From Phallusia mammillata (Eukaryota), in assembly GCA_965637545.1 (NCBI GenBank), contig OZ281498.1, positions 5,084,001 to 5,148,000 of the forward strand: a stretch of 64,000 bases of DNA, written 5' to 3'. Made by a program: the position numbers and the translations under genes. Below, one piece after another: positions 1-9,502 of the stretch. Each line of letters opens with the position of its first letter. Positions within the stretch are counted from its first letter, which is position 1. Under the pieces are notes generated by a model. The model made no database searches. It was not told where the DNA came from and saw only the letters and a list, made by a program, of their open reading frames with translations.

Positions 1-40
1 ATGACTGTTGGTTGTACAACATCTATTTAGGACAACTAAC

Positions 41-502
41 CTTTGCAAATGCAGCCTTTAGTGAGTCTATTACGTTGTCAATGTATGAATTGATCTGTGG
101 ATGGCAAGACATGAACACTGGAATCCCATACTTTTTACGTTTGACAAAGACAGCTTTTGGATAAAGAGACCTCATGTACAAAATTTGATGAACAGCAACT
201 TGCAAGAATTCGCAAATCAAATCTGCTGTAACTGTAATAAATAAAACAACCAATTGGTTTTAGGGAATTAAAATCTTAACATTTACACTTTAAAGTGCAT
301 TTCAGAAACAGCCTCTTGAATGTCATCAAAGATGTCAGTTTAAAAGATCATCATTTTTGCATTGTTGTTTTTTGTGGTAGACATTTTGTTAAAACATACT
401 TTCATGTTTGCTGCTTTCATCAAGATCTTGTAGCACATTTGAAGGCAATTGAAGCTTGTTTAGGTCATCATCCTTTATGTCAACAGAAAAATCTTCTTCC
501 AT
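41..502 (-). CDS. MAD2L2: MAD2L2/REV7 HORMA-domain protein, first two coding exons (502-400, 231-41); gene continues off the left edge
   Basis: Exon 231-41 reads TADLICEFLQVAVHQILYMRSLYPKAVFVKRKKYGIPVFMSCHPQINSYI, matching REV7 ([23 protein letters not shown]...KRKKYNVPVQMSCHP). Exon 502-400 (MEEDFSVDIKDD...SKHE) ends in a phase-1 GT donor that joins in frame. Confidence 0.9.
295..361 (-). ncRNA. Box C/D snoRNA, SNORD95-like (copy 1), in MAD2L2 coding intron
   Basis: Minus strand: ATGATGA (C box)...CTGA...TGATGA...AGAGGCTGTTT-CTGA (D box), with a tgca terminal stem. The guide is complementary to conserved LSU rRNA AACAGCCTCT, and the 3' end matches vertebrate SNORD95 (AGAGGCTGTTTCTGA) as recalled. 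Confidence 0.85.
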
Positions 503-598
503 CTCATACAACTTCGAGCAGTTCTAAAAGTAAAGAAAACGCATTAGTATCTTTTACAACAAGATGTTGTTTCACTTAATCTTGTTTCTGTTATGCAC

Positions 599-730
599 TC
601 AATTGTACCCAATACTAAGTGATTTGCACTATGGGCAAGTGAGATCAAATAGCAAATGGATTAATATCCCACACAGATGAACACAACATGGCTGTCAAAT
701 GACCAAGTTGTTGCCTGAAATTTGTGTGGC
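599..730 (-). ncRNA. Box H/ACA snoRNA candidate
   Basis: Hairpin (ccacaca/tgtgtgg, acaac/gttgt), H box ATATTA, second hairpin, then ACA-att. The 5' pocket (caggca / gttcatc) pairs with LSU rRNA GGUGAAC-UA-UGCCUG and lies 15 nt from the H box. Confidence 0.7.
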
Positions 731-763
731 TGAAGAACACATAATATACAAACAATAATCTAC

Positions 764-1180
764 CTTAAAAACGAAGATTCTTTGTAAAACATTCAGCTTG
801 GTCATAAAACAAAACAGGACACATGTTACATTTCAAATTCTACACACAAAGGTTGCCGAGCACCTGAAAACAAAACATTGCTTTTGGTAGTTGCAGATTT
901 CATACTATTGTAGCACACTTTTTAATGCTGTGAATCAGAAACAGCCTCTAAAGTTCTTCAATAATATTCAGCAAAAAGATCATCACTTTCACAAGTTATG
1001 AATGTCAATTGCCAAAAAGGTTCACTCACCTTGCAAAACTCAAATATATTTGGTTCCTCATGTCAGTATGGTAAACCTATAACAAAACATTGTTAAAAAA
1101 TGCAACAAGACAGCGAACAACATGTGGAGTTTCACTTACATTGTTGAAACAGTACCTTTATATTAAACTAAAATCTAGGC
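764..1180 (-). other. Short non-coding exons (approx. ?-1140, 1076-1030, 863-830/764) forming a snoRNA-host 5' leader of MAD2L2
   Basis: Canonical ttatag|...|gtgagt, |gtaagt, ttcag| and |gtagat junctions on the minus strand bracket the snoRNAs. No coherent ORF. Confidence 0.55.
930..994 (-). ncRNA. Box C/D snoRNA, SNORD95-like (copy 2)
   Basis: GTGATGA...CTGA...TGAAGA...AGAGGCTGTTT-CTGA with a tgtgaa/ttcaca terminal stem. Same guide as copy 1. Confidence 0.85.
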
Positions 1181-1296
1181 ACTCACACTACAGAACCTCC
1201 TCAAAAATTAAACTTTTTCACAAAATGTTTAGACATTTCTGATTCATCAGCATAGATTTATTTGACAAATCATTCTGAGCATGAAACATGACATTA

Positions 1297-3727
1297 TTAA
1301 TCCTTGTCCTTGGTCCTTGACCCACGGAGCCTTCCAGTTCTTCTGGCTGCAATGAGACCAACTTTGCGACCTGGTGATGCATCACGTCGTACAGTCGATG
1401 GGGTTCCAATATGCTGATGGTTACCACCACCAAAGGGATGCTCCACAGGCTGAAATGAATTCAGCATGTAAACTTTGTGTCACCCAACACATATATATAT
1501 GTTGGCAAATATTATTAATGCTTACATTCATAGCAACACCACGGACTTTAGGCCAACAGTTTCGTTTTGCCTTGTACTTGTGATAAGCAGCTCCAGCTTT
1601 CAACAGAGGCTTATCAATACGTCCACCACCAGCTACAACACCTGAAATGAAAAAAGTGGACTTGGCCATCTCACCACAATACCACCGACTGCTTACAACT
1701 ACTTCATTTATAAGTTTTTCACTAATTACCAAAACTGGACAAAACACCTCAAAAAGATTTCAATTCCTTCTTGCACACAAAGTTGCACTATGGTTGAGAC
1801 TCTTTGTTCCCTAACACATTAACTTGGACAGCGATTTGTTACTGTTAGCAAAAGCACATATCTAGCAAATTCATGAAAAGTAGCCACAAACAAAGATCTT
1901 TGAATTTAAATGCATTTTTTTATTTTAATGAAGTGTACTTGCTAATTTGTTTCCGTCTAACCACATGAAGATCAGACAGCCGTAGGAAGCATAAAATGTT
2001 CTGCCACATTATACGAATAGCATAACTATTGCAAAGATTATGCCATTGTCTGAATGTGGGGGAAAAAACAAACATTTCGAACAACATACCAATGATTGCC
2101 CTGTTGGTTGATGGAATGAGCCTTTTTGCTCCTGAGGGCAACTTTACTCGGGTTTTCTTGGTGTCAGGGTTGTGAGCAATGATCGTAGCATAATTTCCAG
2201 ATGTTTTGGCAAGCTTGCCTCGGTCGCCAGTTTTCTCTTCCATGGCACAGACCACAGTTCCTTCTGGCAAACTGCCAACTGGCAAGACATTTCCAATGGC
2301 AATCTGAGCTGCGCAAAAGCCAAGTAGTTAGAATATTGTTAAAGACATAGTAGTATCTTCAACCATTCTTTAAAACAGTGGTTCTCGAACTTTTTTATTG
2401 TCGGGGCCAAATGGTATTTTTTTAAGTGTGTAGGGAGCCGCAAAAACGAAACCTTGAGAAAATCACTAAAGATTATGACTTTGATAGCTAAAATAGCAAT
2501 CTTTGGTGGTTTTCTGAGGTCTGGTGCGAGCCGCAAAATAAGCAGTTGGGAGCCGCATGCGGCCCCGAAAACCGAGTTTGAGAACCACTGCTTTAAAACC
2601 TTACAAATATATTTGATGACAAAAATAACAGCCCAAATATATGTAGAAAGCGACATGCTTTATTTTTCAAACATTTCGGCAGATGCTCATGCCATCATCA
2701 GTGATATGAAGGCCACATCAGTAACACCCATTTATATCCACTTAAGTCAGGTGAAATAGGGTCAAAAAAGGTGTGAAACAAGCGTCACATACAAACGTGC
2801 GCAGAACACTAAACTTATGAAAATATCTGTATGTAGTCTGACAAATACAAACTGTAAAATTTAATAAATATTAAATTTACAGCAAAACTAACGTTCTTAC
2901 CCTTCTTGCCGCAGTAAATTGACTGCCCCGTGAAATTACCCTCAACTGCGACGAACGTCTCCAAACGTCGCCTGTATTTGTAAGGATCTTGAAACTGAAC
3001 CTTTATGAGTGGTGCACCTCTACCTGGATCATGGACAATGTCCTAAAATTGTACATAAAAGTTTGTGTAACATGAGTTAACCAAATCCTTTCCATTACCA
3101 CAGAAATCTTAAATTAGTGCACAAAAAAGCTTACACTTTTGCTTGTAACATTATTCTAAAACCTGTTTTGAGCTCAGACAAATAGTGATCAGTTAGTAGC
3201 ACCATACATGCACTTATGTCTATTTCCAGAAATGCACATATGATGCTGCAAACATTCACTCGAAGAGCTGCAACAAAATAGACTGTTAAGACTTTCGCAT
3301 GGTTTACTAGCAACAATTGCTGTTCCGTATTCAAATCTGATGTTTCTCGACAAATATGTTGTTTCATGCCAATAAAGAAATTAAAATGGAAGCTTACAAA
3401 AATATGACACTAACGTTCGGAAGAGTGGTATGTGAAATATCTGGAGCACGATATGCACTTATGAAGTTGTGAAGTTGTGAACACAAGTGCACACCGCACC
3501 CTAGGTATCACTAAAACGATTCTTCTAAGCAAGGTAATAACAAGCTTCAAATGTTCAGTAAACGTAGCTGTATTTAATAGGTTCCATACCTTTATTATTC
3601 CCTTAATATAACCATGGCGTTCCGCAAAATCGACAGATCTAAGTTTTGCAGCACCTTTTCGGTGTTTCGTGTGAGCCTTGAAAATGGATCCTGGACCCTT
3701 ACGCTGGGCACGAATGACTCGTCCCAT
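1297..3727 (-). CDS. RPL8: 60S ribosomal protein L8 (uL2); coding exons 3727-3590, 3042-2901, 2308-2090, 1641-1526, 1449-1297
   Basis: [11 protein letters not shown]...[11 protein letters not shown]...[14 protein letters not shown]...[25 protein letters not shown]. All GT-AG junctions are in phase. AATAAA at 1262-1257. Confidence 0.99.
1945..2060 (-). ncRNA. Box H/ACA snoRNA (SNORA4/snR83-like target) in RPL8 intron
   Basis: Stem ccacatt/aatgtgg, upper stem atggcataa/ttatgctat, pocket cagaca/tcgt located 14 nt from H box AGAACA, second hairpin, ACA-aat. The pocket pairs with SSU rRNA GCGA-UU-UGUCUG. Confidence 0.75.
2376..2590. mobile_element. hAT-type MITE in RPL8 intron
   Basis: TIR cagtggttctc / gagaaccactg, 8-bp TSD ctttaaaa on both sides. 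Confidence 0.9.
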
Positions 3728-3994
3728 TGCGTGTTAATGCAGTTCAACCCTATTAAAAGTTTAAACAACGTAAGTAAGGTGACATTACTGCATTAAACAA
3801 GGCATTCTCGAAGCGTTAATGTTGCACGTGTACAAGCACTCATTGAACACACGTCAGCCAATAACTTAGCACACAAACGAGGTTTAGGTCTTCATTAATA
3901 AAAGTAGTAAGATTTAAAATATCTTTCAGAACAATATTGCACACAATCATATGGCAACGAACATGATGTAAACAGATAAACTTTTTCCACCTAC

Positions 3995-4020
3995 CGCTGG
4001 ATCCACACAAAAAGAGAAAG
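3995..4020 (-). promoter_or_regulatory. RPL8 non-coding exon 1 starting with a 5' TOP motif
   Basis: Minus strand CTTTCTCTTTTTGTGTGGATCCAGCG|gtagg: a C followed by a pyrimidine run, typical of ribosomal protein mRNAs. Confidence 0.75.
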
Positions 4021-4319
4021 ATTTAGTTGCGGGACTTGTCATGTCGTGCTCATAATCTCGATTCCAAACTTGTAATTTTTAAATTTGTTTGGGGACTTCA
4101 ACAGCAAATTTGCAAATAAAAAACATACAAATTTACACTGATAAAATTTGATTTTCGTGGAAAATGTATATTAATTACGTTTTGCTTTAAACCTTAAATT
4201 AATTTGAGTAAAAAATGAAATACGACATAGATACCGTATGCATGTATATACAGCCTGGTTCACCATGGCGTTGGATTAAAAGTATTTATTCGAACACACG
4301 CTTCTATAAAACCATAGAT

Positions 4320-4654
4320 CAGGAGTCGGCAACCCCTGGCACGCGTGCTAAGGTTGGCACGCGAGGTGTTTTTTTATGGAACGCCAACCTATTTGCGTGT
4401 TTATATTAAAGTAACAATTTAACCTGTTACACTGCTTGTTTATAGTTTTTATCGTATCATTGTTATAAAATTCAGCCTTACATGCACAAAACACACTGCT
4501 TTATTATTGATATTTTGATATTATTGACTCTTTATTATTGATATCTGCTGGCACGAACCACTATTATTTAGAAAAACTTTGGCACGCGAGGTCATTAACA
4601 CATGGAAATAACAAGTAAATTGGCACGCGTCGCCTAAAAGGTTGCCGACCCCTG
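4320..4654. mobile_element. hAT-type MITE
   Basis: TIR caggagtcggcaacc / ggttgccgacccctg, 8-bp TSD ccatagat, internal ggcacgcg repeats. Confidence 0.9.
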
Positions 4655-6462
4655 CCATAGATACTATAATACTTTATAATATCTATGATAAAACAGATAC
4701 AAGGTTGTTTTTAAAATGTCTGTGAGATATACAACCGCACGATACAATCTCGGCAGCTGCCAATCAATTTATGACCCATTCGGTCAGTTCTGAATCGACT
4801 GTTTAATGATCCGTTAGAACGATACTCGTTAAAACATTTTCTATCAATAAAAAGGGCAGCTTATAGCAGTGGCCGAAGAACGGTTATTATAGGAAAGGTT
4901 ATGAGAAATAGTTTTGAGATCGCAAGAAGTAAAACGTTTCACAAGTCTGGCCTTGATGTTTTCATCGACATTATCTTTATTTGGGCGTAAAGATGAGCTA
5001 TACATTTTTTGAATAAAAGACTTCGGACCATCGTGTTATAGCCTATATAGCCTTGACTAACGAACTTAAACGTAAAATTAGCCACAATGTGTTTACGTTA
5101 GTCAATTTGGCTGTCAACAAATATTGACGGAAATCAGTCGGTATCACTGCAGCGCGTTTAGCCATTCTCCTCCAAATGTGCTCACGCCGTTGCGTCCCAA
5201 CGTTGCATGCCCATGTGCTTTAGAGGAGATGATTGTTTATGAGCAGTATTTCTCAACGTTTTTTTCCCTCTTGGAGCTTGTTCGTTTTAAAGCGCCTCCT
5301 TGGTAGAAAAAAGCTCAATGACGGTTTAACCCAGTGATTCCCAACCTTTCTGGGGCAGGCTACGCATCGTTACCGCTTACCACATGGCTTTTGAATTGAT
5401 CTGCGCGCAATGTACGGCTATCTCTATAAAAGAAACTTCTAAACAATAATATCTCATCAATTGCCCCCAAATGTTGTCAGGGCAGTCATTTTTTCAGAAG
5501 TAATTCGGAGCCACTGTTTCGTGTAACAAAATCTACAAAAATAGAAAGGTGGCCTTTTTTAAAGACACTATTTGCAGTTTCACGTGATCGTGCTATTTAG
5601 TGATATACCAGTTATGTCAAAACATTTTATAACGGATATGGAGTTAATTGTTAACTTATTTGAATTGTGTCCTTATAGCTATATGTTTGTGGCTTTTTGG
5701 AACATAATCGTTTATGCGAGCAGAAATGAAAGGGTCCCCACACAAGTGTTTTTGCAATTTGGTAATGGTATTAATAGGGTGTAAAACAGGCACGTAAAAA
5801 TTTGTTGAAATACGAAGAAGATGGAACAAATCAGAACTTCTCCTTTTTTCTTTATTAGCATCATATTTTTAATTAGGAATTAAATCAAGTGTGTTGGCTG
5901 TTTTGCAATTGTGAAATACAGAAAAAATTCTTTCCACATTTTGTAGCGAGAGATATGGGAAAATATTAAAAACCTTATTGTGACTTTGATTTTAATTTGT
6001 TTGTTTGATGCCTAGCTGGTTGGTGGTTTTAAGGAAAACAACAGAAAAAAAGTCACAAAAATTGTATTGGTATAAAATCACACAAATAAGTTTAAACACT
6101 TAGTTCATAATTTGTGAAAAATATTAAAGCAACTTGCATAAAAACATTCATTATAATTAGAACTTTATTCTGACCCATTGAACTTAATTAAAGTTTGAAC
6201 AAACCAACATGATTCACAATAAAAGCAGTAAATGGTAAAGATACTGATATTTATAGTTGTTAAAAGTAGTAGCGCCAAAAATCAGTATTATTAAAGTAAA
6301 AAAGGAAACAGATAAATTATTTGTCGTTTAACACACAACATAAGAAATTGGGTTAAAAAATAATTAGAAACAAAGATTTGCATAGAAATATATATTATAC
6401 AGACAATTATTTGCTAATACCTGCTTCAGCACACAAGATTACATATGTTAAACATAAGAAAA

Positions 6463-8175
6463 CTAAAGCCTTGAATTTGGCGCACTTTCATTGGTATGTA
6501 TGGACTTCAACCATTTTATGAGGCCATCATTCAACTGATCTGGGCACTCCTGACCAGTCCAGTGACTGCAATTTTTTATATGAAGCCTATCCAGTTTGTG
6601 GATTCGATTTTCCATTCCTTCTGTATATCTTGGCTTTAAAATAACATCATGCGAAGCAGTAACCATCAAAGCTGGAATACTGATTTTTCTCCCAGCAAAA
6701 TGCCTCAGCCAGTTCCATGTCAACTCATAATTGCGATACCAATTTAATGGACCAGTGAAACCGGACTTCTCAAACTGCTGCACATAGTAGTTGAGTTCTT
6801 CATCAGTGAGAAAGCGTCCAGGTTTGATGTTGGGTGGGGCACCAACAAACATGCCACCACGTTTTCTCACATCACTTGCTTTCAGAGTAAGTTTTGAATC
6901 AAAAGCCTGAAACATGATTGAAATGGACCGTTTAATGTCTGACTCAAATTCTCTATCTGCATTGCCTGGCTCCATGAAATATAACTGGTAATCAAAAACA
7001 CCAGGATTCTTTTGCATGCTCACCAGGGGACTTTGCTTAGGATTAATTGGGTAAAAAGGAGTGTTTACTCCACACACACCATTGAATCTATTAGGATATA
7101 CCAGAGCTAAAGCCCAGGCAATTGAGCCACCCCAATCATGACCAACTACTGTTGCTTGAGCCACACCAATAACATCCATGAGGTTTAAAATATCGCTACA
7201 CAGCTGTTTATGGTTGTAATCATCCATATTTGTTGAACTAATGGAGTCGCCATAGCCCCTCTGGTCAGGAACAATGACTCTGTATCCTGCACATACCAAT
7301 GCTGGAATTTGGTGTCTCCATCCATACCAGGTGTCTGGAAAGCCATGAAGAAGAATCACAACAGGTCCTTCACCGGCATCAATGTAATGTAGTGTTGTAT
7401 CTGCACTAACCTTGGCATAACAGTGTGACATATTGTTGGGTTTACATGGGGGAGGAAAAAGGCAGTCACCAGCAGTATGACATAGACTTAGGCCTGTTAA
7501 CTTTTCCAGATCCTTTACTGCTTGCATTGGTTCAACAACTTTTATACACGAAATACCAAGTTTCTGTGCAGCTTTCAAGTTTAAACCTATATCATCAAGA
7601 AAAGCAGTTTCCAGTGGCTGAACTCCAAGTTTGTTGCAGGCATGAAGATAAATTAATGGATCTGGTTTTCTTAGGTTAATATGAGAAGACTGAACAACTT
7701 CACCAAAGTAGAATTTCAGTTGAAGCATAAAGTGCTCGGCTCTTCCTTTTTCAGGCTCTTTGTCTGATATCCAGTTGTTAGTTAGAATGCAAGTTTTAAT
7801 ACCATTCTTTTGCAGCTTTACTGCAGCTGAAATCACATCCAAATATGCCATCTTGACTATATCACTGTTTTGGTTTTCAGCTGATTGAAAACTGTGGAAA
7901 AGTTTTTCTGCACTAAATTCCACTGGCAATGTTAAACCGATGTCCAGGGCTATTTGGTTTGCCTCTTTTTCGAACATCTTATAAAATTCAGTGGTTGTAT
8001 AAACACCAGTCTCAAGTTTGCAAAAGGAGTTGTTTGGCACTCCACTGGTGAAAACTTTAGGAAGAAAACTAGGTGGTAGACCCAAATTTCTGCCATAAGC
8101 AGCAATTGCTTTCTGTGGCTGTGGTAGGACCACACCACCCAGATCAAATAAAACAGCTTTTATATTTTTAATCAT
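6463..8175 (-). CDS. EPHX2: Bifunctional (soluble) epoxide hydrolase 2: HAD-like domain plus alpha/beta hydrolase; single coding exon
   Basis: 570-aa ORF with FDLGGV HAD motif, HGFP, nucleophile motif GHDWGG, Tyr motifs DYQLYF and WYRN, and His in SHW. C-terminus -SRL. Confidence 0.95.
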   Translation of the reverse strand: MIKNIKAVLFDLGGVVLPQPQKAIAAYGRNLGLPPSFLPKVFTSGVPNNSFCKLETGVYTTTEFYKMFEKEANQIALDIGLTLPVEFSAEKLFHSFQSAENQNSDIVKMAYLDVISAAVKLQKNGIKTCILTNNWISDKEPEKGRAEHFMLQLKFYFGEVVQSSHINLRKPDPLIYLHACNKLGVQPLETAFLDDIGLNLKAAQKLGISCIKVVEPMQAVKDLEKLTGLSLCHTAGDCLFPPPCKPNNMSHCYAKVSADTTLHYIDAGEGPVVILLHGFPDTWYGWRHQIPALVCAGYRVIVPDQRGYGDSISSTNMDDYNHKQLCSDILNLMDVIGVAQATVVGHDWGGSIAWALALVYPNRFNGVCGVNTPFYPINPKQSPLVSMQKNPGVFDYQLYFMEPGNADREFESDIKRSISIMFQAFDSKLTLKASDVRKRGGMFVGAPPNIKPGRFLTDEELNYYVQQFEKSGFTGPLNWYRNYELTWNWLRHFAGRKISIPALMVTASHDVILKPRYTEGMENRIHKLDRLHIKNCSHWTGQECPDQLNDGLIKWLKSIHTNESAPNSRL

Positions 8176-9502
8176 ATTTGCTTCAGGTACAACCGCTTAG
8201 TGCATTAACAGCTCTATGATGATACAGTGATGTATTTGTCTGAGATCTGAAATATGCAACCAAGCATATCTGTTAATAATTAACTACAAGCACAAACAGA
8301 TGACTAGCAGAAAAGTTTTGGACAGCTTAGGTTTGTCAATTAGTGGCTGGTTTTGTCCTACTTATCAACTTTTATTTATAATCAAAGTTTAAAACCATCA
8401 AACATTTGAAAAACCTTAATTTTGTTTAAATAAATATTGCCATGAAAAACAATCTGAGCAATTGAATACACACATATATGTATTTGCAATACTCTATTCA
8501 ACAAACTAAATTTAAATAAAAAGTAGAAACGATAAACTAAACACAAACTAACAAATTGCAACGGTATGTAAATAGTTTTTTTGACCACAAATTTATCGTT
8601 TGGTCATGTCAGCTTTTATTAAACAAAACAAGAACTTCGCGGAAACAAGTTGACCAAAACAGAAAAGTTATTTATCTCTTACGAAAGTTGAAGAATTTAA
8701 GTTATCTTCCACTGCAATTGCAAAATTTTACTTACTTTTGACGACCTTGCGCAATCAGAACAGACTCACATGCATTGTCTATTGGGGAATCCCCTATTTT
8801 TATAATCAAGGAACAACAACAATAAATAAAACGGTGTGTTATAAAGCTGTAAGAATCAAATTTCCTGTTGGAAAGATACATAAAAAGTAAAATGACAAAT
8901 AAATACACGGCTTGAAGTTAAGCAGTTAAAAAGAATCGTTGAGTGACTGGAATTTATTTGTCTACGATAAACAAAATACTATTTTCGAAGATTTAAAAGT
9001 TCATAACAAATTGTTTGCTTTTTTAAGTAGTGTTATAGCTCTTCGACAATAGCAGACATATCTGAGATAAAATACAAAATACTCCGTGGTATGATTTCTG
9101 TTGAATAAATAATTCACCAATTCCGACCAATGTTTGCTGATTGGTTGCAGAAGTGGCACTTGCGCGTTCTGTTTTGATGCACGTAAAACGTGCATACCAG
9201 GCTGTAGAAAAACTTTAAGTTTTGCTTAGACTTTGTGGTATCTCTCTGGTGAAAATCAACACAAAGTGTTTTACTCATTTACTGTGTACTAAGCCTCATA
9301 ATTTTGTTTCATCGTAAGCTTATTCTAGCTATTTAGCCTTTTGAAAGGGTATGGCACGTGCTTTTGGATGTATTGGTGTGCATGCTTCGTTTCATATTTC
9401 GATGTTTGCAATTCTCACAATTTATTATTTATTTAGGTGCTGCAGATTTATTCCTGCAATGGTACAAAAAACAAAAATACAGGCGTTATTGCTGTAATTT
9501 TA

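Noticed and set aside
2339-2759. ORFs of 105 aa and 101 aa in an RPL8 intron
   Set aside because: They run through a MITE with TIRs and TSD and show no homology.
2650-2760. Further snoRNA candidate in RPL8 intron (tgatga/ctga words, hairpin)
   Set aside because: Boxes are in the wrong order or spacing, there is no ACA at the expected place, and no rRNA complement was recognised.
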